In this document: piece after piece, positions 10,125 through 21,631 of the stretch
Position numbering within the stretch: position 1 is the first letter of the stretch
Layout of the letters: each line of letters opens with the position of its first letter
Assembly (NCBI GenBank): GCA_034669905.1
Contig: JAXMOL010000018.1
Location: 1 to 64,000 of the forward strand
Length of the DNA: 64,000 nucleotides
From: Candidatus Hydrogenedentota bacterium
GTDB taxonomy: Bacteria > Hydrogenedentota > Hydrogenedentia > Hydrogenedentales > JAEUWI01
Direction of reading: 5' to 3'
Notes under the pieces: generated by a model
What the model saw: the letters and a program-made list of their open reading frames with translations, nothing else
The model's database searches: none
What the model was told of the DNA's origin: nothing
Made by a program: the position numbers and the translations under genes

Positions 10125-13100
10125 TTACCTCAGATAGCTGAATTCTTTGAGACTGAAAAGGGACTGGGCCACGTCCACCCACGGCTCGGACGGGCCCCCC
10201 AACCTGGCGAGGGGGGCGATACGGGCCCGAAGGGCTTCCCGCTCCTTGAAGAGTTTCGGGGATACAGTTTCCCATTGTTTGCGCTCCGGCGCTTGGGCGA
10301 GCTCGGGCGTTTCCTTAAGTTTTTCTTCCAACTGGGCGGCAAACTGAGCCTGCACGCCATCGAGCTGGGTTTCCAGGGCGCGGAGTTCTTCATCCAGCTG
10401 GGCGTCCTGCTCCCGGCCGGTGGGCCGTGCAGCCGCTTCCGCCACGTAGTCAAGAAGTCGTTGCTGCTCGGTATCGGACGGTCGACGTCCCAGCGTCAGC
10501 GCGAAGAGGCGTTCGATGCGCTTGCCGGCATCGTCCGTTTCTGCGTTTACACGGTTGGCCAGTGTGCGGGCGTTTACCTGGACGAAGGGGTCGTTCATCA
10601 GGGCGAGTGCATGGGCGGGCACGTTGGTTACATCCCGGCGGCCCTTGGTGGATACCGGGGTGGGGGCATCGAAGATGGTCAGGAAGGGGTCGAGGTCATT
10701 GCGCACGACCCGCACATAGACAGCGCGGTGGGCGTCGCCCCCGGGCACGGGTTTGGACACCGGCTCGGGAAGGAGGCGCCCAGACGCGGCCAGCATGGCA
10801 TCGCGAATGGCCTCGGCTTCCATGCGGCGTACCATGGCGTGTGACCAAAGGTGATTGGTGGGGTCCTTTTCCCGTGCGTCTGCCGTGGGGACGGCACTCA
10901 ACTGGAAGGTGCGGGAGGTGGCGAGCTCACGGAGCAAGGCCTTCGTAGACCAGCCTTGCGCGCGAACCCGAGTGGCCAGGTAGTCGAGCAAAGCAGGATG
11001 GGTGGGCTTTTCCCCCATGACGCCAAAGTTGTCGGGCGTCGCCACCAGGCCCCGCCCAAAGGTGTGGTGCCAAAGCCGATTGGCCATGACCCGGGCGGAG
11101 AGGGGGTTCTTGTCGGACACGATTTCCTCGGCCAGGGCCAGGCGTCCGGCGTCCTCGTCCCCAAAGGGTGTTGGATTGATGGCTTCCAGGAAGCGCCGTT
11201 CGACGGGCTCGCCGGGCTGCTTGTGGTCGCCCCGGGTGAAGAGGGGCTGGTTAACGGGGGCGCTTTCCACGACGCCCGGGGCGCGGGTCGGAAAGGGAAT
11301 TTCGTTCTCCAGGCGGCGATACGCTTCCAGCAGAGTGGCCGCTTCGGGTACTTTTGCGGCGGTATTCGGGAGTAGCCCCCACGCCACGAAGAAGTTCAGA
11401 TAACGGGCCTGCCCATCGTTCATGGTGCCATCACGCCACGCCACCACACAGTCCCGCAGGGATTGCTGATACCGGGCGAGGAGCTCATCGGGATTCGTCG
11501 GCCGGCCTTCCAGGGAAAACAGGGGGGCGACGAACTCGGCCATTTCATCACGGGGCGCGGGCTGTCCATCGGCCACGATGACGGCTTCGGTGATGCCGAA
11601 CCAGGAGCGGGTGTCATCACTGCTTGCCAGCACGGCCTGATCGTTGGCCGTAGAAAGCTCCAGGTGGGCCTCATCGCCCAGCCAATAGGTGAGGTCCCAC
11701 CGCTGCCAGTGCCAATCCCCGCCGTTGAGGCGGATAGTAGGATAGACCTGACCATTGCGGGGGAAATCCTGCACCACATAGCGGTGGCGCGCATCGCCAT
11801 CACCGGCCACCCGCACGAAAATCTGCTTGTCGTTGATATCGAAGCGGGGAGACGTCAACACGCCACTGTGTTTCGTCGAGGTCAGATGGGAGTAGAGGCC
11901 CGCGGGGTAGATGCCCCGTATGATGGGGTCGCCCACATCGCGGATATCAAAGGAGCCCGCGGGGGATACCGTACCGTCGAGGCCACTGCCATGTTGAACC
12001 CAGTCCCGGGCGTCTTTCCCGCCAAGAGCCCATCGCTTCGGGTAGGGTGTTTCCGCCCGTTTGCGGAGGTTGTGGTTACTTCCGCTCCACTGCGCGGCCA
12101 GTTCGCGCCAGCCTTTTTCGAAGTTTCCGTCATTCGCCCCGCGCAGGCGTTGCCAGGGGTGGAGGGGATGCTGATTGGAGGTGGCATTGCTCAGCGCGTT
12201 CTGCCAGCCGCCTTCGGCCTGCCGCATGGGCTCGGCAATGCCGTCTTCAATGTAGGCAAGCCATTTCGCCGCCATTGTCGCACGCAGTGCCTCTTTGGTC
12301 TCTGCAATGGCAGCCTTGTTGAGGTCCTGGCGGGCCTGGGAATCAACGGTCACCGTTGCGGGGTGTCCCGTAGCCATCACGCCAAACAGGGCGTAATAGT
12401 CTTTCTGACTGAGGGGATCGAATTTGTGGTTGTGACAGCGCGCGCAGGAAACGGTCATGGCAAGAAACGCCTTGGACACCACATCGATCTGGTTGTCCAC
12501 AAAGCGCACCCGTTCGTCCAGCGCGTCGGTGGGAGAGTAGCCATGGAGCACGAAGCGGTACTGGGAGGTTCCCAACATCGAATCGTTAATACCCGTGTCG
12601 GGGTTAATGCGCGGATTGGGAAGGCGATCGCCCGCCAGGTGCTCGCGAATCAGGTCGTCGTAGGGCACATCTTCGTTCAACGCGCGTATAATGTAATCCC
12701 GATAGCGCCACGCATGGGGAATGGCCGGGTCCCCCTCGCTACCATGGCTCTCGGCATAGCGCATCCAGTCCATCCAGTGGCGGCCCCATCGCTCCCCAAA
12801 GGCCGGGGAGGCCAGGAGTTTATCGACCGTCGTCTCAACGGCACGATCCCAGTCAAGTCCGGACGCTTGAACGAAGCGCGTCACTTCCTCGGGGGTGGGA
12901 GGCAGGCCCGTCAGCACGAAATAGAGGCGACGCACCAGCGACCGGGCGTCCGTGAGTTCAGACGGGCTGACTTGGGCCTCTTGCATCGCTTTCCAGATGA
13001 AGGCGTCGATGGGGTTGGCGGCCCACTCGGCCGGGGCCTCGGCAGGTGGCGGCACGTCCTGGACGGGCTGAAAACTCCACCAGGCCATGCGCCGCTCACG

Positions 13101-13538
13101 AACGGTCTCCCAGGACATGGCGTTGTTCAGGTCTTCCGCCGAGGGGGGCGTGTCCCGGGGGTCGATGGCACCATCGCTAATCCAGGTCCGAAAGTGGGTG
13201 ACCAGGTCATCGGACAATTTTCCGGCGGGGGGCATCTGGAGCTCGGTGTTGTGGTATTGGATGGCCTCAAAGAACAGGCTTTGCTCCGGGTCACCCGGAA
13301 TGAGCGCCGGGCCACCGCTGCCCCCCGTGAGCAGGCCGTCCCGGTAGGTCAGATTGAGTCCGCCCTTGACCTTTGCCGGGTCGCCACCGTGACACTCGTA
13401 GCAGTGGTCGACCAGCACTGGTCGAATGTGCTTCTCGAAGTGCTCGAGGGCTTCCGGATTGGCGGTAGCCTCGGTCTGGCCATTGAGTGCGGCCAGCCCA
13501 ACTGCCAGGGTGACGGCGTAGTACTTCATGGATTGCAT
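10125..13538 (-). CDS. PSD1/planctomycete cytochrome c domain protein (PSCyt1 + DUF1549 + DUF1553)
   Basis: Signal peptide; CYECHG and CARCHNH heme motifs; [28 protein letters not shown]. Confidence 0.9.
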   Translation of the reverse strand: MQSMKYYAVTLAVGLAALNGQTEATANPEALEHFEKHIRPVLVDHCYECHGGDPAKVKGGLNLTYRDGLLTGGSGGPALIPGDPEQSLFFEAIQYHNTELQMPPAGKLSDDLVTHFRTWISDGAIDPRDTPPSAEDLNNAMSWETVRERRMAWWSFQPVQDVPPPAEAPAEWAANPIDAFIWKAMQEAQVSPSELTDARSLVRRLYFVLTGLPPTPEEVTRFVQASGLDWDRAVETTVDKLLASPAFGERWGRHWMDWMRYAESHGSEGDPAIPHAWRYRDYIIRALNEDVPYDDLIREHLAGDRLPNPRINPDTGINDSMLGTSQYRFVLHGYSPTDALDERVRFVDNQIDVVSKAFLAMTVSCARCHNHKFDPLSQKDYYALFGVMATGHPATVTVDSQARQDLNKAAIAETKEALRATMAAKWLAYIEDGIAEPMRQAEGGWQNALSNATSNQHPLHPWQRLRGANDGNFEKGWRELAAQWSGSNHNLRKRAETPYPKRWALGGKDARDWVQHGSGLDGTVSPAGSFDIRDVGDPIIRGIYPAGLYSHLTSTKHSGVLTSPRFDINDKQIFVRVAGDGDARHRYVVQDFPRNGQVYPTIRLNGGDWHWQRWDLTYWLGDEAHLELSTANDQAVLASSDDTRSWFGITEAVIVADGQPAPRDEMAEFVAPLFSLEGRPTNPDELLARYQQSLRDCVVAWRDGTMNDGQARYLNFFVAWGLLPNTAAKVPEAATLLEAYRRLENEIPFPTRAPGVVESAPVNQPLFTRGDHKQPGEPVERRFLEAINPTPFGDEDAGRLALAEEIVSDKNPLSARVMANRLWHHTFGRGLVATPDNFGVMGEKPTHPALLDYLATRVRAQGWSTKALLRELATSRTFQLSAVPTADAREKDPTNHLWSHAMVRRMEAEAIRDAMLAASGRLLPEPVSKPVPGGDAHRAVYVRVVRNDLDPFLTIFDAPTPVSTKGRRDVTNVPAHALALMNDPFVQVNARTLANRVNAETDDAGKRIERLFALTLGRRPSDTEQQRLLDYVAEAAARPTGREQDAQLDEELRALETQLDGVQAQFAAQLEEKLKETPELAQAPERKQWETVSPKLFKEREALRARIAPLARLGGPSEPWVDVAQSLFSLKEFSYLR

Positions 13539-13608
13539 ACCAATTGCTCTCTCGTTGCTCACAGTTGTCTGGCGCGACAGGACGATGAGGAATCTGGGTC
13601 TCGGGAAG

Positions 13609-14937
13609 CTATTTTTCCTCAATGCGGTACACGTGCGTCTTGGTGCGCAGGATGAGCGCGTTGCCCGTCGCCGCCGGGGATGCCATCAGGCCCTCGTCGA
13701 GTTCGTTTTCAGCCCGTACCGTAAATGTTCTGCCTGCTCTTATAATATGGGCGCCACCCTGAGAATTAAAGTAATAAATCGACCCCTTGCTCACTATGGG
13801 GGAAGCGATATAGTTACCCCCAATGCGATCGGCCCAGACGACCTCGCCGCTATCGGCTTCGAGACAGGTTAACTGACCCCGATTGCTGACCATATAAAGC
13901 AGGCCATCCACGAGGATGGGAGAGGGGGTGTCGGGGATGTCCTTCTCGGCCCGGCGCCAATCCACATGACTCTTGGTTACATCGCCCTGACCGTCCGTTC
14001 GTATCGCCCAGAGTTCCGTGCCGCCATAACCCGTGGCGGTGAAGAGTCGTTCTCCATCCCACACCGGCCGGGTGGAGGGCGTGAAGCCGACCTGTTCTAC
14101 CTTCCAGAGTTCCTTCCCCGTATGGGGGTCATAGCCATAGCTCGCCGAAGAACCCACACTGAGCATATGGGGCTTGCCGTCCTGCGCTACCACGACGGGC
14201 GTGCTGAAGGCTTTGCGAAGATCGCCGCCCCGCTTGGGTTCCCCGTTGTCATCCAGATCTTCCCAGTGGCGGCTCCGGTCCGTGCGCCACAGCGTTTCCC
14301 CCGTGTGCTTGTTCAGGGCCGTGAGGTACTGCTGGTCAATACCATCAAAGGTAAGGATGAGGCTGTCGTCGAAAATGATAGGGGAAGATCCCGGCCCGCG
14401 GTAATGGCGGCAGGGCAGGTCTTCCCGTTTCCACAGGACCTTCTTCGTTTTGGTGTCGATACAGGCCGTGCCGTAGCTGCCGAAGTGGACGTAGACCCGT
14501 CCCGCTTCAATCACCGGTGAGGGGGAGGCATAGCAGTTGACGTTGTTGCCCAGCGGCTCGGGCGTGTCACTGTGAAAGAGCTGCGCGTTGTGGAGCACCG
14601 CACCGCTCTCCCGGTCCAGCGCAATGACAAAGAAATCGTGGCCGTCTTCCGTAGCCGTCGTCAACCATATCTCTTCGCCCCAGACCACCGGGGTCGACCA
14701 GCCTTTGTGGGGGATTGGCGTTTTCCAAACGACGTTTTCGGACTCACTCCACGTCAAGGGAAGGGTCGCATCGCCCGCTACGTGGCCGTCACCTGCCGGG
14801 CCCCGGAAGTCGGGCCAGTTCTCCGAGGCGGGGGCGTTTAGTGCCACCGACAGCAGGCCGAGGGTCACGGTGGTACCGATCACGCCACGCCAGAAAGTGC
14901 GTCGGATTTTCGAAACTGGTTTAAAGGGCTGCAGCAC
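13609..14937 (-). CDS. PQQ-binding-like (BamB-like) beta-propeller protein, secreted
   Basis: GTG after SD GGGAG; signal peptide, ENWPDFRGP, WSESENVVWK, and repeated SP(V/I)...G..LW motifs. Confidence 0.85.
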   Translation of the reverse strand: MLQPFKPVSKIRRTFWRGVIGTTVTLGLLSVALNAPASENWPDFRGPAGDGHVAGDATLPLTWSESENVVWKTPIPHKGWSTPVVWGEEIWLTTATEDGHDFFVIALDRESGAVLHNAQLFHSDTPEPLGNNVNCYASPSPVIEAGRVYVHFGSYGTACIDTKTKKVLWKREDLPCRHYRGPGSSPIIFDDSLILTFDGIDQQYLTALNKHTGETLWRTDRSRHWEDLDDNGEPKRGGDLRKAFSTPVVVAQDGKPHMLSVGSSASYGYDPHTGKELWKVEQVGFTPSTRPVWDGERLFTATGYGGTELWAIRTDGQGDVTKSHVDWRRAEKDIPDTPSPILVDGLLYMVSNRGQLTCLEADSGEVVWADRIGGNYIASPIVSKGSIYYFNSQGGAHIIRAGRTFTVRAENELDEGLMASPAATGNALILRTKTHVYRIEEK

Positions 14938-15147
14938 AGTTGAACTCCCACGTTGCTCTAATCCATTGCCATAGACATGCGATGATTGTAGACCATCGTT
15001 GGCGGAGATACCAGCCACAATCGACGACCGAATATAGAAATAGGACGGGGTAGTGTGGGTTCTGTGCTTCGCCGGTGAAATCAAGTTCCGGGCACGTGGA
15101 ATCGGCGACGATTCATCCCGAGGATTTGACGCCATGGTGGTATTCGA

Positions 15148-15272
15148 GCGGGCCCTTGGCCCTTCGGAGACGCGTCAGGCTAGCGTGATAGAACGCAGAA
15201 GGGCCGAAGGCATCTTACCTGTCAGCCTGGGTCAACGACCGGGGGAAAGGGCAATGCGAGGGCGAAATGACC
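15148..15272. repeat. REP-like palindrome cluster (GGGCC-nnn-GGCCC family), related to 60279-60363
   Basis: gcgggcccttggcccttc inverted against gaagggccgaagg, followed by agcctgggtcaacgacc; intergenic. Confidence 0.6.
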
Positions 15273-16754
15273 TCAGGTGTCTCCCAGCCAATAGGAATAG
15301 AAGGCGGCATCGCGGAGTCGGAATCGGAGGCGGACTTCCTTCCCCAGGAACGCGTCCAGACTGCCCTGCGTCCATTGAACTTCCGCGCGGAGCTGGTCTC
15401 CCGTCACGGGCACGGACTCGGCCACGACCACGCCTTCCGCGTCCAGCACTTCGACGACCAGCTGACCTTGCCCTCCATCCACGTTTACAAAAAGTTGCGG
15501 CCCCGTCACAACAAACGGCGCCGTCAGCAACGTCCCCTCCTCGATTCCCGCGTCCATCGATACAAAACCATCCCGTCGCAGGACGGCGAGACAAATAGCG
15601 CCCACTTCCTTGACGCCTTCCGGCGGCTGTCGATACTTGATGCCCGAGTAATAGAACCAGAGTTCGTCGCCCCGCACAACGGGACCCGATGGCGGCAATA
15701 GCTGAGCCAGGTCATAGGCCCCGGATGCGACGGTGGAGGGGCCAATGAAGGTTCCACGTTCGGCGACCCGGTTCCAGGTCTTGAGGTCGCGGCTGCTGGC
15801 AAGTTGGACGAGGTGAAAGCCCGCCGCTCCAGATTGGTGAAACAGGGCAGGGAAGCCCAGGTACAACCCTTCATAGCGCGCGATACCCAGGTTGTAGACG
15901 TCCACTTTACATTCAGTCGGGTCGAGGCCCGCAGTCTGGTGAAGGGCAGTATTGGCGATGCGGGCCGCTACATGTTTTTTTCCAAGTGCCTGATCCCGTT
16001 CGTCGGCATGAAAAAGCACCTCCGTGTTGGTCCAGGTTTCAAAGTCGGGACTGGTCCAGATGGCCTGACTACGACCGAAGGGGCCGTTCGTTTTCAGGGT
16101 GGCGATAAAGGTTCGGGTCACGTGGTCGTAGCAGAGGTTGGATTCATCCTGCGAATCCAGCGCGGGCACGTCGAGGGCGCTCCAGTGAATACCGTCCGGG
16201 CTGACGATGGGTTCCCGGCTGTAGACATTGGCGAAGCCCTTGAAGCGACGGGACGGGTCGGGATCATCGGGATCATAGACCACGTTCTCGATGGCGTTGC
16301 TGCCCCATTCCCGGGCCGGGTCCAGGGTGACCACATTGTTTTCCAACGAACCCAAGACGGCTTTCTGGCGGAGCAGGGGCTTGGTCCAATGGACGCCATC
16401 TTTGCTCTCGGCATAGGTCATTTCCGCCAGCCCTGGAATCGTGGTGGACGTGATCATCCAGAGCTTGAAGCGTTCCGCCATGGGATCCCACACGGGTGCA
16501 CAGCGGGTCTGGAGGGTGGATTCCCAGGGGCCGTCGGGCCGGATTACCGCGCCACGCTTTTCCGGTTGGTGAAGGGTGCGTGATAGGTTGTGCGTCTCTG
16601 CGATGCCCACATCGTCGAGAAAGAGCTGGCGTTGCTCGGGAGGCACCGAGTAGGCGGGGCGCTGACCTGTTCGAAGCGGTTGGAAATCGTCCGCCGGAGA
16701 GGGGAATGGGATCGTCATCGCGACCATGAGTAGCAGTAACACGCAACGTTTCAC
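15273..16754 (-). CDS. Secreted five-bladed propeller glycosidase-like protein (GH32/GH43-like fold)
   Basis: Signal peptide; QLFLDD, YAESKDGVHWTKP, SPDGIHW, DELWFYYSG, LRRDGFVSM. Confidence 0.7.
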   Translation of the reverse strand: MKRCVLLLLMVAMTIPFPSPADDFQPLRTGQRPAYSVPPEQRQLFLDDVGIAETHNLSRTLHQPEKRGAVIRPDGPWESTLQTRCAPVWDPMAERFKLWMITSTTIPGLAEMTYAESKDGVHWTKPLLRQKAVLGSLENNVVTLDPAREWGSNAIENVVYDPDDPDPSRRFKGFANVYSREPIVSPDGIHWSALDVPALDSQDESNLCYDHVTRTFIATLKTNGPFGRSQAIWTSPDFETWTNTEVLFHADERDQALGKKHVAARIANTALHQTAGLDPTECKVDVYNLGIARYEGLYLGFPALFHQSGAAGFHLVQLASSRDLKTWNRVAERGTFIGPSTVASGAYDLAQLLPPSGPVVRGDELWFYYSGIKYRQPPEGVKEVGAICLAVLRRDGFVSMDAGIEEGTLLTAPFVVTGPQLFVNVDGGQGQLVVEVLDAEGVVVAESVPVTGDQLRAEVQWTQGSLDAFLGKEVRLRFRLRDAAFYSYWLGDT

Positions 16755-16990
16755 AAGGATCCCTTTCGTCGTCGTTCGCAACGATAGTGACCGATCGTGC
16801 GGGGAGGGTTCAAGAAGCGAAACGGGGGAGCCTGCAGGTGGAACATCGACAAATAGCATGCTCGGCGCTTGGATTCCTGGTCTGTCGTAGCATATGCTGT
16901 TGCCGTTGTAAGAAATCTGTATCTGCGGGTCTTGTTTAGCCAGATAGGCTCTTGGATGGCTGCGACAACCGCATGCGATTTAAGAATACT

Positions 16991-17056
16991 ACTCCCCTCC
17001 TCGGAGGGGGTGGGTCACGTCACAAAGAATATTGCGAACCCACTTCTGACCCCTCG
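16991..17056. repeat. REP-like palindrome (CCCCTCC-nn-GGAGGGG followed by GTGGGT...ACCCAC)
   Basis: Intergenic nested inverted repeats. Confidence 0.45.
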
Positions 17057-17254
17057 CAGAACGGAAATTATTCAACACGTCAGTTGTAGTGTCGCTGACA
17101 GGAATATAAATCCCTGCTATTAGATTAATCTGCTACGGGCGAGAGAAGCATGTTTCTGGCGATGGGCCTGCCCATGGTCGGTATCGAACTCAGCGCCAGG
17201 CGAATACACCCTAAGTCTCCACCATCCGACCATTCCCTACCCTTTGAGGTTATC

Positions 17255-19093
17255 ATGGCAAAGCGCAGCAACGTTTCAAACTCCTGGGCGGAAGCCCGCC
17301 GTATTATGTGGTCCCACCGAAAGCGGATCGCCATCGGCCTGGTGCTGGTGGTCATTAACCGTGTCAGTGGCTTTGTCGCGCCGGGCAGCACCAAGTTTCT
17401 GGTCGACAACATCCTCGCGCCCGGAGAGCACACCAAGCCGCTCTTCGGCATCAGTGACCCGGGTACCCTCCTCATGGCGCTGGGCCTCGCCGTGGCGGTG
17501 GCGTGCCTGATCCAGGCGGTGACGACCTTCGCCCTGTCTCAGATTCTCGGCGTCGCGGCACAACGGGCCATTACGGAGATGCGCAAGACCGTGCAGCAAC
17601 ACGTCATGCGTCTTCCCGTTTCCTACTTCGATTCGACCAAGACGGGGGTGTTGATTTCCCGCATCATGACGGACGCCGAAGGCATTCGGAATCTCATTGG
17701 CACGGGACTTGTCCAGGTCAGTGGGGGGCTCCTGGGCGCGGCCATCGCCCTGGTCGTTCTTTTTTGGCTCAACTGGATACTGACCGCTGTTATTATTGTG
17801 GTGCTGGCCGTTTTCGGGGTGTCCATGGCGGTGGCCTTTTCCCGGCTGCGCCCCCTCTTTCGCGAACGGGGCGAGATCAATGCCCAGGTGACGGGACGCC
17901 TCTCCGAGTCCCTCGGCGGCGTACGGGTGGTCAAGGGCTACACTGCCGAGCGGCGGGAAGACCTGATTTTCGCCTCTGGCGTCCACCGGCTCTTCCGCAA
18001 TGTAGCCGGCGCGGTGACGGGCGTATCCGCCATCAGCTCGGTCTCTACGGCGCTCATCGGAATAATCGCTACGGTGATGATCATGCTCGGGGGCCACTTC
18101 GTGCTGACCGGCGCCATGTCCCCCGGTGACCTCTTCATGTTCCTGGCCTTTGTCGCCATGGTCGTTATGCCCCTCGTCCAAATCGCCAACATCTCCACCC
18201 AGTTCAGTGAGGCCTTCGCCGGCCTGGACCGCATACGCGAAATCCGATCCATGGCGACGGAAGACGAAGAAGACGAATCACGGGAGGCGCCCGGCGCGCT
18301 GCGGGGTGACATTTCTTTTCAGGATGTCCACTTCGAGTACGAAAAGGACGTGCCGGTTTTGAAGGGCGTTTCCTTCGAGGCCCCGGCAGGCTCGACCACG
18401 GCCCTCGTGGGCTCCAGTGGATCGGGAAAGAGCACCCTCATCGGCCTCGTCATGGCCTTCAATCGACCCACCGAGGGCGAGGTGCGTGTCGATGGACGGG
18501 CCTTATCCACCATAAAGCTTCGAGACTACCGCGCCCATCTCGGCCTGGTGCTTCAAGAGAATTTCCTCTTCGACGGTACCATCGCGGCGAACATCGCCTT
18601 CTCCCGGCCCAACGCGCCGCTGGATGAAATTAAGCGGGTAAGCAAGCTGGCCCACTGCGATGAGTTCATCATGGGATTTGAGGAGGGCTACGACACGATT
18701 GTGGGGGAACGTGGTGTAAAGCTGTCCGGTGGTCAGCGTCAGCGCATTGCTATCGCCCGGGCTATCCTGGCCGATCCGCAAATTCTCATTCTCGATGAAG
18801 CGACGTCCAGCCTGGATAGTGAGAGTGAGTCCTACATTCAGGATGGACTTAATTCACTGCGGGAAGGACGAACGAGTTTCGTGATTGCCCACCGTTTGTC
18901 CACCATCCGCAGTGCGGACCAGATTCTCGTCTTGGAGGATGGTCAGATTGTGGAGCAGGGCACCCACGCGCACCTCATGGAACTGGGCGGCCGTTATCGG
19001 GAACTGCACGATAAGCAGTACCAGTTCGAGAGCAACCAATTCATTAATCCCGGCGAGGACTTCACGCCCGAGACCCCGGCGCTCAAGGCGTAG
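17255..19093 (+). CDS. ABC exporter, fused TMD+NBD (MsbA/Sav1866 type)
   Basis: TM region, GSSGSGKS Walker A, LSGGQRQR signature, ILDEATSSLD, AHRLSTI. Confidence 0.92.
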   Translation: MAKRSNVSNSWAEARRIMWSHRKRIAIGLVLVVINRVSGFVAPGSTKFLVDNILAPGEHTKPLFGISDPGTLLMALGLAVAVACLIQAVTTFALSQILGVAAQRAITEMRKTVQQHVMRLPVSYFDSTKTGVLISRIMTDAEGIRNLIGTGLVQVSGGLLGAAIALVVLFWLNWILTAVIIVVLAVFGVSMAVAFSRLRPLFRERGEINAQVTGRLSESLGGVRVVKGYTAERREDLIFASGVHRLFRNVAGAVTGVSAISSVSTALIGIIATVMIMLGGHFVLTGAMSPGDLFMFLAFVAMVVMPLVQIANISTQFSEAFAGLDRIREIRSMATEDEEDESREAPGALRGDISFQDVHFEYEKDVPVLKGVSFEAPAGSTTALVGSSGSGKSTLIGLVMAFNRPTEGEVRVDGRALSTIKLRDYRAHLGLVLQENFLFDGTIAANIAFSRPNAPLDEIKRVSKLAHCDEFIMGFEEGYDTIVGERGVKLSGGQRQRIAIARAILADPQILILDEATSSLDSESESYIQDGLNSLREGRTSFVIAHRLSTIRSADQILVLEDGQIVEQGTHAHLMELGGRYRELHDKQYQFESNQFINPGEDFTPETPALKA

Positions 19094-19183
19094 GGGCGCG
19101 TCGTGGGGAATCGTTGGGTTCACGTGGCAATCTTACGTTCCCTTCTGTAAACCGCCCCAATCCCCGACGCAATCGGTGAAACC

Positions 19184-19324
19184 TTTGGAGTGCGCAAGCT
19201 TGCTTGCGCTCTTTCGGAGTGAGCCTGCTCACGGCAATGACTGGTGGGCGGTGGTTCAATGTGCGTCCATGGGTGGGGAGCACGCTCCCTGGGGGAAAGC
19301 GGCAGCAAGCTACCGCACGCCAAG
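19184..19324. repeat. REP doublet (REPIN-like), TTGGAGTGCG family
   Basis: tttggagtgcgcaagcttgcttgcgct ... aaagcggcagcaagctaccgcacgccaag: two internally palindromic units in inverted orientation between convergent genes. Confidence 0.75.
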
Positions 19325-19382
19325 GAGTTGTCTTTTCCAACACGTCTCCCCAAAGTTGGGGCATGAACCCTTACTGAATCGC

Positions 19383-19796
19383 TTAGTATTTGAGTTCCTG
19401 CGATGCGCCGAGGCCGGTCATGCCTTCCGTGGCCGGGCTCAATCCCAAACCTCCACTACGCCGACGACGGGGATTGGCGTCCTCCGGAGGAGCGGCTGCG
19501 GCGGGTGCAGAGGGATTCATAACGGCACCGGTGGCCGGATCGTATGTAAACTGCAGGCGGGTCGACGTGACAGGAACTTCGCTGATGAAGTCGGGTACGA
19601 GATAGTGCAGTGACGGCGGATACTGGCCAAACTGCTGCCCGTACTGGGCTACCGCGTCGTTGAGCTCCTGCAGTTTGTGGCTATCTACGATGGGGTCGTA
19701 CTGGTCTTCTTTCGAGAGCATGGGTGCAATGATGGGGATTGCAATAACCAGCGCGATGACTATCACGCCGCCAATAAGAAGTTTTTCGTTGTCCAT
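19383..19796 (-). CDS. Small membrane-anchored pseudopilin-like (GspG-like) protein
   Basis: N-terminal TM helix, then LQELNDAVAQYGQQFGQYPPSLHYLVPDFISEVP...FTYDPATGAV. Confidence 0.65.
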   Translation of the reverse strand: MDNEKLLIGGVIVIALVIAIPIIAPMLSKEDQYDPIVDSHKLQELNDAVAQYGQQFGQYPPSLHYLVPDFISEVPVTSTRLQFTYDPATGAVMNPSAPAAAAPPEDANPRRRRSGGLGLSPATEGMTGLGASQELKY

Positions 19797-19877
19797 AATA
19801 CCGCCCTGATTGATTGGGAACGTAAAGTCCGTTCCATCCCTCAAGTATGGCAGGTCTCCGGAACACAAGCAAGTGAA

Positions 19878-21368
19878 CTACTGGTCCGAGACAACCCGAC
19901 CCTGTTCCAATTTGAATACCCGGTCCACCACAGGCGGCAATTCCTCGGCGTGGTGGGTGATGTACACCAGGGCGCAGGGATGCCCTTTCATCGCCTTTGC
20001 CAGGGCGCGATGGAAGGCCCCGCGGTGGGCGCTGTCCAGCCCCTGACAGGGCTCGTCAAGCAGGATGAGGTCCGGGGATTTGATGAGTGCCCGCGCCAGG
20101 AGGGCCATGCGCTGCTCGCCGGCCCCCAAGGCGGCGAAAGGCTCTTTGGCGGGGAGCTTAAAGCGCGCGATCCACTCCTGGACCTGTGCCCGGTGATTAC
20201 TCCGAAGGGTCCGTTGGAGTCCCAGGGTGTCGAAGAGGCCCGACGCGATGAGGTGGTCGGTACGCTCGTCACCCGGCACGTGCCACTGCAATTCGGGCGA
20301 TAGCCAGCCAATACGTTTCCGGATATCCCAAATACTTTCCCCCTGCCCACGACGCTGTCCAAAGAGCCGCACATCGTTCGCATAGGCCTGCAGATTGTCC
20401 CCCGTGAGGAGGCTCAGCAGGGTGCTCTTGCCCGAGCCATTGTGTCCCAGCAGGGCCCAGCGCTCGCCCGTGCGGACCGTCCAGGAAACTGTGTCCAGCG
20501 CCACGGTCTTGTCGTAGCGCACCGTGACTTCCTTCAACGAGAAGACCTCGCTCCCGCCGGATTCTGGTGGGGAGGGCTTCCGGGCGGGCGGAGTGGGTGT
20601 TGTGGGCGCAAAGAAGCGTTGGAGGGATCGGTGCGTGCGCAGGGTTTCGAGGGGGCCCTGGCGCACAACCCGGCCGTCTTTTACCTGTAACAGGTGGGTT
20701 ATCCCCTCGGGCATTTCCTCGGCGCGACGCACCACCAGCACCACACACAGGTCTTCTTTCATCAGGGACGCGATGAGTTCCAGCAGGTGGGCCCGTGCGG
20801 CCGTGTCGAGTCCCGCACAGGGATCATCCAGCACGAGCAGGCGCGGTTTCCGCAATAAGGCCTCCGCCAGCAGGACCCGACGCAATTCGCCGTTGGAAAG
20901 GGCGGGGAGGGGGTGCTGCAGGCGGTGGCGGATATTCACCCGCGTGGCGGCCCGTCGGATGGCGTGGTCGCTCGCTCCGGTGCGCTTTGAGAGCACGGCC
21001 ATCACCTTTGGGGCCGCCTCCGATTCCGTCGCATTCCAGCGGGCCTGATGGTATTCCGATCCCAACCGGGCAAGGGCCGCCTGATCTTCCTGCGAGACAT
21101 AGGCGATACGCTCCTCGGGGACGCTTCCATCGTCGGGATAGCTTTCCTCGGGGTCCGTGCAGGCGAAGTGGTACCAGACCTCGCCGCCTACCACGGGGGT
21201 GCGGCCGTCAAAGGCGCCCAGCAGGGTGGACTTGCCACTGCCGTTGGGGCCGACGACGACCCAGTGTTCGCCTTCATTGATGCACCACGAGGTGTTGGGA
21301 AATACACGATCTTCCGCCACACGGAGGGTAACGGAATCCAGACGGATAAAGGGGGTAGATTGGGGCAT
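19878..21368 (-). CDS. Duplicated ABC ATPase, ModF-like
   Basis: Two NBDs: GPNGSGKS/LSNGE/LDDP and GHNGSGKS/LDEPCQGLD; GESIWDIRKRIG motif typical of ModF. Confidence 0.8.
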   Translation of the reverse strand: MPQSTPFIRLDSVTLRVAEDRVFPNTSWCINEGEHWVVVGPNGSGKSTLLGAFDGRTPVVGGEVWYHFACTDPEESYPDDGSVPEERIAYVSQEDQAALARLGSEYHQARWNATESEAAPKVMAVLSKRTGASDHAIRRAATRVNIRHRLQHPLPALSNGELRRVLLAEALLRKPRLLVLDDPCAGLDTAARAHLLELIASLMKEDLCVVLVVRRAEEMPEGITHLLQVKDGRVVRQGPLETLRTHRSLQRFFAPTTPTPPARKPSPPESGGSEVFSLKEVTVRYDKTVALDTVSWTVRTGERWALLGHNGSGKSTLLSLLTGDNLQAYANDVRLFGQRRGQGESIWDIRKRIGWLSPELQWHVPGDERTDHLIASGLFDTLGLQRTLRSNHRAQVQEWIARFKLPAKEPFAALGAGEQRMALLARALIKSPDLILLDEPCQGLDSAHRGAFHRALAKAMKGHPCALVYITHHAEELPPVVDRVFKLEQGRVVSDQ

Positions 21369-21631
21369 GGAAAACTTTCAACAACAGGGCCGCAGGGTAA
21401 TACGATGCCTATTCTATCCTTTATGCGCACATGTTTTGAACGGAGGGCGACAAGAACGGCCCGCCCGGTGCGACGCGTCGACGGCGCTTTCAGGTAGGAT
21501 CAGAATTCCGAAGAATGCTATGATTCCCTTTCCCGCCCAATTCACTCCATGTGAATTGTGTGCACCCATGAAAACCACGGGTCCCTGCCGCACCATCGCC
21601 AGGGACATGAAAACAGATACAAGGAGGAGCT

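Noticed and set aside
11463..13655. 730-aa plus-strand ORF (also 5414-6808, 43556-45166, 45326-46474, 21542-22435, 62706-63860)
   Set aside because: Antisense shadows of well-supported genes, expected in GC-rich codon-biased DNA.
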